Position numbers and translations under genes: made by a program
The notes under the pieces: generated by a model
Seen by the model: only the letters and a program-made list of their open reading frames with translations
Told to the model about the DNA's origin: nothing
The model's database searches: none
Shown here: piece by piece, positions 25,670-38,699 of the stretch
Layout of the letters: every line of letters starts with the position of its first letter
Position numbering within the stretch: position 1 is the stretch's first letter
Source of the DNA: Rhynchobatus australiae
Lineage: Eukaryota
Reading direction: 5' to 3'
Length of the DNA stretch: 64,000 bases
NCBI GenBank assembly: GCA_034780895.1
Contig: JAUZTB010000064.1
Coordinates: 21,500,847-21,564,846, forward strand

Positions 25670-26050
25670 TGGTTAATTATTGTCACATATACCAAGGTTT
25701 TGCATGCTATCCATACAGATCATTTCATCACATCAGGACATTGAGGTAGTACAAGGGAAAAGCAATAACAGAAAGCAGAATATGGTTTTCCAGTTACAGG
25801 AAAGTGCAGTGCAGGCAGACAATAAGGTGCAAGGTCATAATGAGGTGGATTGTGAGGTTAAGAGTCCATCCTTATTGTACCAGGGACCATTCAATAGTCT
25901 TACAGTATAACAGCAAGGTGGAAGCTGTAGAACCTGATGGTACGTGCTTTCAGGCTTTTATATCTTCTGCCATATGGGAGGGGAGAGAAGAGAGAATATC
26001 TGGAGTGGGTGGGGTCTTTGATTATATTGGATTATTGAGCCAGCGGAAAG
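25670..26050 (-). mobile_element. Rex1/Babar LINE 3' end
   Basis: Reverse-complement similarity to 4870-4980 (GAACCTGATGGTACGTGCTTTCAGGCTTTT...CTTCTGCC). Confidence 0.6.
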
Positions 26051-28499
26051 TTTATTCTGTGCATCTTCGATGCTTCTTATCCAATTAATACAATGCAAAC
26101 AGAAGCAGTCTTGACGTCACTGTGACGCTGAGCTTGGGAGTGTGAACGCACCATGCGATTGGTAACAAAATTTACAGCACTTTCTGAATTGTAACTTGAT
26201 AGGGTGGCACCATCCTAACCCCACACAGATTTGGACTGACCAATGCCATTTCCTGATGCAGGCAGACTAATCTCATTATTCTATCACCATGAAAATGTTA
26301 AAAAGTCTTTTAAAATTTGGCCTCCATGTTTCTGCAAGCCTTTTTTCTTAGAAAAGACTTAGCAAAGTGTTTTGACATCTTGACACTGAGCATGTTGATC
26401 CTTATGAAGTATTTGTTTTTTTCATTGCATCTTCCAACTGCTGATGTTGGGGGAAGGATTGTGTCTGACAGAAAGATGCCGGGAGCAACTAGAACATTAC
26501 CGGTTGGACTCTGAAGCAAATTTCATGGTGATTTACTGCATTCAGAAACACTAAAATTTGCCAGATAGAATTCTGACATACCAGCTCACATAGGACATGC
26601 TGGGAGCAAGTGATCCCACCTGGAGCAGTGTGTATTTGGAGTGTCTGATGTGGAGCGTGGGAAGGGAGAGAGAAAAATTCAGGCAGCTTCTACGAAAGCT
26701 GGCCCATTTATATCTAAAGTAATTATTCAAAGAGTTAATCTTCCCTCCTGTCAGAGTTAATATTTTAACAGGTTTGTGCATAGTAATGAAGGACTATTAC
26801 AGAAGGGTCTCTGTTCAACAATTTGTCACCTGGAAAAAGCCAGGCAGATTTTAATCACATTCATAAGGAAGAGGGTCTGGGAGCAAATCACCCTCGCAAG
26901 TCAAAACATGAGTTAAGAGCTCCGTTTGGCCATCATTCAACACAATTGTTAATGGCTATCTAATTGAACTCTCATTTAATCAGTTGCATCCAGGAATGTT
27001 AATGGAGCAGAATATTTTTATTTTCGAACAAGTCACTCTCCACAAAATGACACTTAAAGCAAAAATAACTGAGCATTCTGTTTCTGTTCTGCCATGGTAT
27101 GTTACTGATTATAAATATTACAGAATGTTACAATAAAGGATACAAATATATTTTTCCTCACCATTTCAGAATATATGCAACTGTAACAGTAATTCACTAG
27201 ATCAAGAAACAATGGTCATTCACCGGACAGGGAAGAGTTTCCCAGTTATAGCAGCAACAGAATTTTTGGACCCAAGTCTTCTGCAAACAAGTAGCCTGTG
27301 TCCCACTCCTACATAAGGGACATTACTTCCTGATGAATAGGTGATCACATTCCAATGACGTTGGAACACTCAACAAAGGACTGCAGTTTGGTGAACTGAA
27401 CACTACATTCTGGCAAATTCTGAGTTAAATCACAATGCAGACTATCGCCTAAATCTGTAAAAACCTTGAAGTAGGCAAGAGACTCGTTTTAGGTAATATG
27501 TAGAGAGTTGAAGTATTCAAAGTTATTCGTACATAAAAACACAAATTACATAATTAACACTTCATCAGTTTGCAGGGCTCTTGAAGGTAACAACATGTCA
27601 GGTTATAAAGAGCCATGGTGTTGTTGTGATACATATCTAATTATCTATCACATTCTACTGAATGAATAAACATATAAAGGGTGCAGCTATNNNNNNNNNN
27701 NNNNNNNNNNNNNNNNNNNNNNNNNNNNNNNNNNNNNNNNNNNNNNNNNNNNNNNNNNNNNNNNNNNNNNNNNNNNNNNNNNNNNNNNNNGGATTTATTT
27801 ACCAAATATTAATTTGGTTTATTATTAATAATATTTCTTTAATTTATTTGAAATTGGGTTATGCTGTTGTTTTCTGTGACTTCTGTTTACTTTTTTGCTT
27901 CATTTTGTGATTTGCAAAGTGAACGGCTGGGATCTAGCCAGCTAAGGATGCTTTATTTCTATCAAAATCTGACTATATTTAACATCTTGAGTTGAAGATT
28001 TTTTTAAGAAAGATTATATCTAACAGTCTCTTAAAAGAATATAGGTATATGGAGCTGAGAAAAATAGAGGGCTATGGGTAAGCCTAGTAATTTCTAGGGT
28101 AGGGACATGCTTGGTACAGCTTTGGGCCAAAGGGCCTGAATTGTGCTATAGTTTTTCTATGTTTCTATATGGGCTATTTTAGCTTATGGCTAAGAATCAG
28201 TCTTCATTATGTACATTCACTGTCAACTAAAGCAAATGTAATATTTGGCTAACCATGTTTGACCATCTTATGAAAGAGTCTCGTAGAATCAATTTTCATA
28301 AATCGCAAAATGGATTTGCTATTGTTAAATTGAAGTTGGCTTTTTTTTTGAGGTAATCATCTCTAAGGTAGTGGAAATGTACTTGGGCACTATTCTAATC
28401 TATCTGTTTTAAATGCTACTTAAGTTCTAAGCTTGACACTATTTTCTCTAAGTCTTGGAAGTTGCCATAATTGTACTGATGAAATAATTTTTAGGTTAG

Positions 28500-28990
28500 T
28501 GATGTGAATTACTAAGTAATAGAACCAGGACTAGGCCATTTAGTACCATGCTCCACCATTGAATAGAATTGTCTGATCTTTTACTTAAGTGGCACTTTGT
28601 AATACTAACGCTACAAATCTTGTTTCCCATTAATATCCCAAAATTTGTTGGTCTTTCTCTTGAATACATGACTGAACTAGGGCAGAGAATTCTAGAGAAA
28701 CATTGCTCCTAGGTGAATATTTCTTCTTTGTCTTGCTTCAGTCTTGATTGGACTGTGGACCCTCATTCTGGATAACCCAGCAAGGGGAAGTATCATTCTT
28801 GGATCTACCTGTCAGGCCTTGTAAGAATTTTGTATGTTTCAATGAGGTCACTCTGAACTCAAGGGTATTGGCCCCATCTACTTAATTTGTCCTCCAGTGG
28901 GCAATGTCCCCATCCCAGGAAATAATCCAGGTAACCTTCATTGTACTCCTCCTGTTATTAATATATCCTACTTTGGGTAGGAAGACAAGA
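28500..28990 (-). mobile_element. Old CR1 3' fragment
   Basis: GGCCATTTAG..CCATGCTCCACCATT and ATCTACCTGTCAGGCCTTGTAAGAATTTTGTATGTTTCAATGAGGTCAC, reverse of the CR1 end. Confidence 0.55.
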
Positions 28991-30125
28991 TCTGATACTC
29001 TTGAGTTCAGGGAGTGACCTCATTGAAATCTTACAGTTAGATCCAAAGATGATGATGCTTCTCTGGATCTTCATCACAATTCTCACAGCTACTTGGCTTT
29101 ATATCTAATTGGAATCCATTGTATGAGGTTGTCAAGCCCAAATGTCCTTTCATAAGCAACCAATTTTAAAGATTTTCAACACCACAAAAAGACCAGAAAT
29201 TATCCTCCTTTGCTGAATAGGAGCAATGAGATAATTGTTTACAGTTCTGGAAAACTGAGTAATTATTTACTGCTTGTTAGGTGATAATGGGTTTCTTAAG
29301 TTTCCTTGCCAGAATAACTGACAGGAAAAACTAGTATTTTCAAACTAGGTAAGCTAAAACAGCCTATGATTGAAATGTGAATGTGCTAATAGCCAAGCAA
29401 AAAGTGCTGAGTTTTGTTCAATGTAAATAATAAATAATGGATTTATAAAGTGAGCACCAGGATCACTTAAAATTCACTGCTATGTGTTTAAATTGAGATA
29501 GAAGCTGTGAGGTCTGCCTTGGTGAAAACCAACTTGGCCAGCCATGATCGAACACTGTCGGCATGAACTCAGGGAAAAATGGAAAAAGATAGATTTGGGG
29601 GTATTTTGAAAGAAATTTCTTCTTGAACACTTAATTATTCCAATTGTTGTATCCTCCAGTCCTGCTTTGACCGTCAGTACAGCTGAGTCCAAATTATCTC
29701 ATGGAATATTTATCCCAAGTTGGATGGTTGCAAGGGAAGCCAGAAAAAAAAATTGAAATCAAATTATAATACAGTATGTTTAATGAAGTGATTTATTTAT
29801 ATGTAATTTTTCTTGCAATTTTGGAAGACTTTTTCTCCAAAGTAAATCTCTGAACTTGCTGTTTTAAAATTTGGCTCTATTCTATTCAATGTTTCAGTGT
29901 AAATATTAAACCAGTATTATGGGAGAAATATCAATATTTGAAATCTTGATGAGAAATTAGTGTAACCACAGTGCTTGGTTTTGTTTAGTGTCACCTAAAA
30001 CTTTTTCAAAATAAGCCTGTCTACATGTCAGTTATTTAATAATATTTTTCACTGATGCTTATAATGAAGCTTGTATGATTTCACAAGTAACTTCTAAACA
30101 CTCCCATTTCTACTTTTATCAATAG

Positions 30126-30297
30126 ATCGAAGAAAACCAAATAAACGAAGAAGAGAAAGATGAAGACACCAAGGAGAAGGATGTCCCAGTGAAATATGAT
30201 GTTGGGGACATGGTGTGGTCCAAAGTCTCTGGTTATCCTTGGTGGGCTTGTATGGTTTCTTCAGACCCTATCCTGGGTACCCACACAAAAGTAAAAG
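30126..30297 (+). CDS. NSD2: NSD2 coding exon 2 (start of PWWP1)
   Basis: Acceptor aatag|. Reads [58 protein letters not shown]. Donor AAG|GTACTT; 172 nt, phase 0 to 1. Confidence 0.95.
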
Positions 30298-30575
30298 GTA
30301 CTTAAAATAATAAAGCATAAATATTGAGTTGGTGAAGCAAATCTTATTTCACCAATTTTTAACCAGATGAATAATTGTAAAGCACCTTTAAATTAAATAA
30401 GTGATTTCTAACATTTTGAGAAATATATTAGAAGAATCATTGCCCCACTTTTAATAGTGACATGCTTTTTCAACCACAGGGAGGTTGATAGAATAGGTTG
30501 CATTTGCATATATGTTTTGCCTCTATGCAGAGCCTTGTCCATATTTTTACCTCCACTATTCTTTCCCTTCTATCT

Positions 30576-31092
30576 TCAGTTCTGGTCACCTCATTATGAG
30601 AAGGATGTGGAAGCTTTAGAAAGGGTGCAGAGGAGATTTACCAGGATGTTGTTTGGATTGGAGAGGATGTCTTATGAGGACAGGTTGAGCGAGCTAGGGC
30701 TTTTCTCTTTGGAGAGGAGGAGGATGAGGGGTGATTTGATAAGAGGTGTACAAGATGATAGGCATAGATCGAGTGGACAGTAAGAGACTTTTTCCCAGTG
30801 CGACAATGGCTAACACAAGGGGACATAATTTTAAGGTGATTGGAGGAAGGTATGAGTGGGCTGTCAGGGGTAGTTTTTTTTTTACACAGTGGGTGCATGG
30901 AATGCACTGCTGGCAGAGGTTTTGGGGGTAGATACATTAGGGACATTTAAGAGACTCTTAGATACATGAATGATAGAAAAATAGGGGGCTATGTGCAAGG
31001 GAAAGGTTAGATAGATCTTAGAGCAGGATAAAATGTCGGCATAACATTGTGGGCCAAAAGGCCTGTACTATGCTCTAGTGTTCTTTGTTCAT
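30576..31092 (+). mobile_element. CR1 LINE 3' fragment
   Basis: [25 protein letters not shown]...[16 protein letters not shown] plus tail; near-identical in family to 23480-24005. Confidence 0.9.
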
Positions 31093-33160
31093 GGTTTGTC
31101 TTTCACTTTCATTGCATTTTTCGTGCCTTAAGCGTTTTTAGTCCTAGCACCCATTAAATTCCTGCAACAATGCTTTACTGTTCCCAAATTTCTACTCTCT
31201 TGTTGACAAACCTTTTGGATAAGGCTGCCCTCATCTTCATTTTGTAAAAAGCTATTCAAGGCACTTGTTTCCTTAAGCATAGCTGCCCTATCTTCATCCC
31301 ATCTAATATGCTTGTTAAGAACAAATATTCCCAAAATCCTTCCAATCCCATGCTTCTTCCTATGTTGATTGAGTGAGTGAAGAGGAAGAGCAGCAACTGT
31401 TTAAAAAGCAAGTTAGAAGTGATTCTTGCCTCCACATCTTCCTTCAGAACACATGATCATGTGGGAATGAGATTTTTGCTATTCCTAACTTGATTTTGGA
31501 TGATTTTATCAATGTCAGGGCCCATCAGAAACCGGGCTTGATAATGATGTCATCTTACTGAATGCATCCTACTATTCCATCGTTTTTGTGCCTTGAGCCT
31601 ACTACCAGAGTGGCAGTGTGGCCCGTGTCACCTTAGTACATTATTAACCCACCTGCTCATACTTGCCTCTTCCTCAAAATCCTCAATTTTGGTTGAAGCA
31701 CTGTGCCAGTGAATGTTGATGGGAGTGTTAGCATTGTCTATCCTAATTGCTCCTAAACTGAGGAATCAGTTAAGAGTCAACTGCATTGGTAGGGCTGAAT
31801 TTGCATATGGTATAGACCAGAAAAGAATGGCAGATTTCCTTCCCCAAAATGGGATTTTCAAATGGGTTTCTACCTTCAGCTTTGGTGCAAATTGACTTCT
31901 GATATTGTGTTGTTGACGTCCAGTTTGAATCACCTTGCAACTTTCATTTGTTTCCCAATGATACACAACTACTACTCCACTACCTCTTGACTCCTTCACT
32001 GCTTCTGAATTGTCAGACATCAAGTCTTGAATGTCTTTTTCGTCTAGTTAAACCATGGGAAAGTTGAACCCCACTGCCATTGGTTCTCATCAACTCCCAC
32101 ACCATACCCTTTTTATCTAGCAACTTCACTGTGCACCAGCTGAATGCTGCCCACCTGTCTACATCTTCCACCACTTGCCCTTGGTGCCAGGGTGTTCACA
32201 TCCTATTTGACCCTGAGCTGGATTACTAATCCCATGTCCTTCATGTCACAAAGACCACCTCATTGTTCATCTGTAATTTTGTTTTCTCTTGCCTACCCTC
32301 CACTGAAACTTTTTTTTTAAAAGTTACTTCTAGATGGTTACAATTCTCCTGGCCAGTCTCCTGTCTAGTCTCTAAATGTAAACCTATCCCAGATTCTGCT
32401 GCCATATCCAAACTTGTGTGCCCCATGATGTTGTCCTTGCACTCAGTCCAATAACAAGACCATTTAGAAATTCTTAGTAGCCTTGAAATTCTATAAAAGC
32501 CTTGAATTGTCGAGAACTAGAATTCCCTTCTTAAACCTGTGTGCCTCTTTCCTGCTTTTAAGATGACCCTCAAAATCAATCTTTTTAATCTGGCTTTTAA
32601 CAACTCATTCTAATGTCTTGTGCCTCAGTGTGAATATTTTTTGTCTAAATAAACTCCCATGATGCAGTTTACTTTGCTTTACAATGTTAAAATTGGTGTA
32701 TAAATTATTCTGGTCATAGCTGATGAATTTTTGTATTTCTTTATCTACACATCTTTATGTATAGTAGACATTGCTGCTGTTCACATTCTATCTGTTCCAC
32801 TAATTAGCATAAACTATGACAGAGATCAGTTGAAATGGAAGGGAACACATCAATTAGAAACAATGAATGTGTTTATAAAGCCGCCAAAGAGAAGCTTATA
32901 GACTTCTGAAAATGTCGGAACTTGAAAGAGCTTTCAGGAGAATTTGAATACTTTTTGAAATGATTTGCTGGAAATTGGAACTGAAATTTTTAATATCTAA
33001 ATGGTTTTGTATGGAGTAGAGTATCAGAAAAGACATTGGTTTTAGTAGCAAGATTAAGTTTAATCTGTCATGCTTTCTGGTGTCTTAATGCCATTGCTTA
33101 AGTTTCCATTTGAAACTGGAGTCCAGTTTAAGAGCCTGGACTTCAACTGAATATTTTCCC

Positions 33161-33920
33161 NNNNNNNNNNNNNNNNNNNNNNNNNNNNNNNNNNNNNNNN
33201 NNNNNNNNNNNNNNNNNNNNNNNNNNNNNNNNNNNNNNNNNNNNNNNNNNNNNNNNNNNNNNNNNNNNNNNNNNNNNNNNNNNNNNNNNNNNNNNNNNNN
33301 NNNNNNNNNNNNNNNNNNNNNNNNNNNNNNNNNNNNNNNNNNNNNNNNNNNNNNNNNNNNNNNNNNNNNNNNNNNNNNNNNNNNNNNNNNNNNNNNNNNN
33401 NNNNNNNNNNNNNNNNNNNNNNNNNNNNNNNNNNNNNNNNNNNNNNNNNNNNNNNNNNNNNNNNNNNNNNNNNNNNNNNNNNNNNNNNNNNNNNNNNNNN
33501 NNNNNNNNNNNNNNNNNNNNNNNNNNNNNNNNNNNNNNNNNNNNNNNNNNNNNNNNNNNNNNNNNNNNNNNNNNNNNNNNNNNNNNNNNNNNNNNNNNNN
33601 NNNNNNNNNNNNNNNNNNNNNNNNNNNNNNNNNNNNNNNNNNNNNNNNNNNNNNNNNNNNNNNNNNNNNNNNNNNNNNNNNNNNNNNNNNNNNNNNNNNN
33701 NNNNNNNNNNNNNNNNNNNNNNNNNNNNNNNNNNNNNNNNNNNNNNNNNNNNNNNNNNNNNNNNNNNNNNNNNNNNNNNNNNNNNNNNNNNNNNNNNNNN
33801 NNNNNNNNNNNNNNNNNNNNNNNNNNNNNNNNNNNNNNNNNNNNNNNNNNNNNNNNNNNNNNNNNNNNNNNNNNNNNNNNNNNNNNNNNNNNNNNNNNNN
33901 NNNNNNNNNNNNNNNNNNNN
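33161..33920. other. Assembly gap (largest of many N runs)
   Basis: Run of N. Others start at about 12798, 17855, 27691, 35872, 36793, 37664, 50275, 54085, 54650, 58382, 59286, 60765 and 63308. Confidence 0.99.
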
Positions 33921-34683
33921 ATTGAGTTCTTTGCGCACTCCAACTCTGGCTTCTTGCACATTGTTAATTCAATATTCTCAGGCCTGTCATTAGGCAGTTA
34001 TTCACTTAGGCCAGCCACGTTAAGGCCAAAGAAGGTTGTTGAGTATCGTGCAGTTACCCTGTGCCTTGAACTTGTGGGTGCAGATTTTGTGGCGAGTGAC
34101 TAGTCCTGATTTTCCCCAAAGTCTGTCCATTGTCTACAAGGATTATGAAATGACGTCCACATGCCCGATGATGAGTATTAAGAGTGAGGCCAAACCTTAA
34201 TGAGAGCCAGCACATTTAAGAGAGAATTGAGAAGCATGACTTTAAAGTTGGGTGGTAAAAATTTATGGAACATTTACGTAAGCAGCAGTAGCTGCCTGTT
34301 CAGCTCATTTAATAATCTTACTTCTATCCATTCCTTTTTTTTAAAAAATGGCTGCATAAAGCTTACATTTTCACTTGGATAAGGTGAGATTTCATGTTTT
34401 GGAGACTACCACACTTATTACCTAGTTTGTCAAGTTTTATTTTCTAATATTGTGTTGCAAAAACTTTATATTTGTTAGTACTGTAGAAATTCTCTTGTGT
34501 TTCACAAGCAAATTTTTGAAAAGGTACCGAGTCTTTCAAGAATCATGATCAATGGTCTTGTGTATTAATCCTTGTCAACTGGTGACTGGGCATAATGTAG
34601 ACCGAAGTACCACAGATAGCTCATTAGAATCAGATGCATTGTTCTTGCAAAATGATAACAATTCTTTACTCTTAATTTTTCAG

Positions 34684-34853
34684 GTCTGAATAAGGCTATT
34701 TGTCGCCAGTACCATGTCCAGTTTTTTGGAGAAGCTCCAGAAAGAGCCTGGATTTTTGAGAAGAGTATGATACCCTTTTTAGGTGCTCATCAATACGATG
34801 AGTTAGTCCATGAGAGTGCCAAACATGCAAGTTCAAAGGCAGAGAAAAACAAG
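34684..34853 (+). CDS. NSD2: NSD2 coding exon 3 (PWWP1 C-terminal half)
   Basis: Acceptor ttttcag|. Reads (G)[56 protein letters not shown]. Donor AAG|GTAGTG; 170 nt, phase 1 to 0. Confidence 0.95.
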
Positions 34854-35171
34854 GTAGTGTGAGATCTGTCTGGTGATTAATATTGCTGAGTTTTCATGTA
34901 TGTTGATTCTTCTGATAGATGTTTTCTATGTTATCTTTACCAGATGATCTTGTATCCAAGCATTGATTGAAATATATTTTTAATATGGAGTCAAAAGAGA
35001 AAGAATTTCTACTTCATACTTTGGTTACTATTTTGTACTATTCAGCTGATTGTAGCAAAATATTAAAGGTTTTGCTAGCAAGATCTGTTACCATTAAGTC
35101 CATTCCAAAGAAGGTTCCTTGAGTATTTTGCAATTTCATTGTACCATTCAATAAAATTTCTTATTTTTCAG

Positions 35172-35699
35172 CTCCTAAAACCAATTCCTGCCAGAATCCG
35201 TCTTCAATGGGATATAGGTATTGCGCAAGCTGAGAAGGCACTGGCAATGACCCCTGAGAATCGAAAAGCTAAATACACATTTGTTTATGATTGTGATCGT
35301 CCATTATTACCGCCTCAGGTTGCAAAAGAGGCTGGGGTTCCTGTTGAACTTATAGAGAACAGGAAATGGCCAACTGAAGAATTGCCAAGCTCTAAAGACA
35401 GTCTCTCTAATAGTAAAGGAACAAGGAGAAGAAATAGTGCACCAAATAAAAGGCGATGTTCAAAACCATATGAACATAAGATCCCTGCAAAAGAATGTTT
35501 AAGTAGGACTGTAGATTCTACTGAAGGTTCTACTCAAAGTTATTCAACTGACAGGACATCTTGTAGATCATCAGATTCTGAGAGTTGTGCAAGTTCCCCC
35601 GTGGCTAAGAGAAAACATGGAGTAACCAGTCAGCGGACCAGGAAATGTGACACTGCCCTTGCTCAATTCATGGCCTTTTGTCAGAAACACAGAGATGAG
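35172..35699 (+). CDS. NSD2: NSD2 coding exon 4 (post-PWWP helices, linker, start of HMG box)
   Basis: Acceptor tttttcag|. Reads LLKPIPARIRLQWDIGIAQAEKALAM...QFMAFCQKHRDE. Donor GAG|GTTTGT; 528 nt, phase 0 to 0. Confidence 0.95.
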
Positions 35700-35792
35700 G
35701 TTTGTATTTTAAAAGCTTGCTGAGCAAGTAAAATTGTACATGTATTTGCATTTGCTTGTAATTTCTTTCTCTAAAATGTTGCCAAATTTCAG

Positions 35793-35871
35793 AGCTGTTT
35801 AAGGTTCACTGTTAAATACACCTTGATCTATGATTGTGATTGTCCATTATTTCTGCCTCAAGCTGCAAATG
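35793..35871 (+). other. Diverged tandem copy of part of NSD2 coding exon 4, running into an N gap
   Basis: 35811-35871 aligns without gaps to 35268-35328 at 50/61 identities (hand count). Protein: VKYTLIYDCDCPLFLPQAAN versus AKYTFVYDCDRPLLPPQVAK. Confidence 0.8.
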
Positions 35872-38699
35872 NNNNNNNNNNNNNNNNNNNNNNNNNNNNN
35901 NNNNNNNNNNNNNNNNNNNNNNNNNNNNNNNNNNNNNNNNNNNNNNNNNNNNNNNNNNNNNNNNNNNNNNNNNNNNNNNNNNNNNNNNNNNNNNNNNNNN
36001 NNNNNNNNNNNNNNNNNNNNNNNNNNNNNNNNNNNNNNNNNNNNNNNNNNNNNNNNNNNNNNNNNNNNNNNNNNNNNNNNNNNNNNNNNNNNNNNNNNNN
36101 NNNNNNNNNNNNNNNNNNNNNNNNNNNNNNNNCAGTGGGAGAGTGTGGGTCGAAATCATCATTATCTGAAATGAAAGCTGTTGGTTTGGCACAGAAATGT
36201 ATGTCCTCATGTGACGGGGCCTAAATATTTCTTTGGTTGTTGTTAGTACAAAATTAGTTTCAACGTTTTAGATATTAAACACATCCTAAAGTAAGTTGGC
36301 CATTCTGCTTTCAGGTCATGAATGTAATGTTCTGCCCTACAAATGAGATTAACTTAATATTGGCAGAAGTTAGCACCCAATAAAGCAAATTATTTTGGAA
36401 GTCATTGTACTTTTTTTCTAAAAATAATTAATGACTAAATTATAACTTGACATTTGGTTTGAAATGGCATGAACACTAATTTTTTCACAATGAGCACATA
36501 TCAGCATCTTAATTCACCCATTTGAAGTGAGATGTGGTGTTGTACTTTTGAACTTTATTGAAAAGGAATCCAAGAAATGTCCAATTAACTACTGTGAAGT
36601 GGGAATCATGCAAATGAGCAACTCCATAATGAGGATCATTCAGTTATATTTTGTGGCTTTTTGTATTTTGGGAATGGCAAGGAAGACTTTAATTCTATTC
36701 CCTTTGCTTGCTCCAGTGTCTATCTGATCGTAACTTAAAATATGCATACCCATATTGCAAGAGGGACAAAACTTAAATGTATTTTAATTCTGNNNNNNNN
36801 NNNNNNNNNNNNNNNNNNNNNNNNNNNNNNNNNNNNNNNNNNNNNNNNNNNNNNNNNNNNNNNNNNNNNNNNNNNNNNNNNNNNNNNNNNNNNNNNNNNN
36901 NNNNNNNNNNNNNNNNNNNNNNNNNNNNNNNNNNNNNNNNNNNNNNNNGGTTTGCTAATCAAAACTTGCAAAATGTATTGTGCCACAGATGTTCACAGAA
37001 GCATCACTATAGCCCAATGTTGGCAAAAATCTATAAAATGACTTGAAATTACTTAATATGAAATTTACAGCAAACTTCTACCTTAATGCTTATTATGAAA
37101 TCCATACTTGCTGGAAATAATAAGCAAACAAACAAAACTTTTCCACCAAGATTTCCATATTCTGAAGCTGATTTTTTTAAAAATGCACGTCTGTGCACAA
37201 GTGTGTATTCCTACTTTCATCTATCTTGCATTTTGGTTGTCATGATGTAATATTTAATCGAAGATTTGTCCTAAGTGAAAGGTTAGGGTGTATTGTTGAA
37301 GAAATCTTGATAAGATGCTGAATTTGGCACTACAGTAGTGATTTTTATTTTGTATATTTATTAATTTACAGAATGTGTTTGATGCTGGCAAGGCCAGCAT
37401 TTATTGCCTATCCCTAGTTACCCTTGAATGCAGTTGAAAATAATGCATTTGATTTTTAGTCTGGATGCTTAAATTAATGAGCAGTGTCCCAAGCAACTAG
37501 ATGGCTGAAGTTTAAGTAATAATGGAACTGTTGTTATCCAGGCAGTGAAAAATATTCTTCTAATGACTGTTGAATTGTGGGTAATCTTTGGGAGACAGTT
37601 TTTCCCTCTGTTTCCAATGAGTTCAGTTTTGCTGGGGCTGCTTGATGTCATGCTTTTACAGTTNNNNNNNNNNNNNNNNNNNNNNNNNNNNNNNNNNNNN
37701 NNNNNNNNNNNNNNNNNNNNNNNNNNNNNNNNNNNNNNNNNNNNNNNNNNNNNNNNNNNNNNNNNNNNNNNNNNNNNNNNNNNNNNNNNNNNNNNNNNNN
37801 NNNNNNNNNNNNNNNNNNNNNNNNNNNNNNNNNNNNNNNNNNNNNNNNNNNNNNNNNNNNNNNNNNNNNNNNNNNNNNNNNNCTACTTAGCCAGATTGGA
37901 TTTGTCTTGCATTTTGTGGATAGGATATGCCAAAGTAGTTTATTGTAAGAATCCTAGGCTTTCTGTAAAATCTACTCACTAAAGAAACTAAAATAATTAG
38001 CTGTAAACAATAACTATTTTGGATTGTTTCAGAGTCCCTAATCAAGAGATGTGAAGGCATTCTTCTTGTTTTGTCTCCAGTCACCTACTGCAGGTTCAAA
38101 AAAAAGTAGCATGCCTCTTCCATGTGTAGTAGAGTGAGCAGCATTTTGCCATGACAGGCATCATAACTGAGCTTATTTTTGTACCTAGCTTATCTGCGTT
38201 TTACAGTCAAAGCTCATGAATGTTGATCAGCCACAGGATCCATAATTGATTTCTTTGTTCTATCATTTTTTTTCTTTTTCATCTTGTCCATCCTCAACAT
38301 CAGGCTTAAATCAGTACATTACAAGAAATTTAATATCTGAGCTTTCTGGTGTCTTAGTTGCATAAGCATCATCAGATGATAGCCTGGGTGACTTCTGATT
38401 TGTATGACCAAAGATTTTCATTTATGTGGAGGATTACAAGTGCCAGCTAGTACCTGACAACGTGTGTAAACTGGATACATTTCATCAACATAAGTGGTCC
38501 AGCATAGATTGGAAATACAATGTTGAAAGCGGTCCTTGATTTACTCTTTTTAAAAAAAACACGTATTCATGGCTTGCATGACATCATGAAGTAAATGCAA
38601 AATGGAGTTTAATTTCTGCAAGCAATCTAATTTGAAAAGGAAACTGCACAGTTCCTTTTAATTCAGAGTCAAAGGCTTTTGTGTGGTCAGGAAAGACTG

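Noticed and set aside
33060-33961. Long ORFs of 200-300 aa here and at 50.2, 59.2, 60.7 and 63.2 kb
   Set aside because: Artefacts of N runs translated as X.
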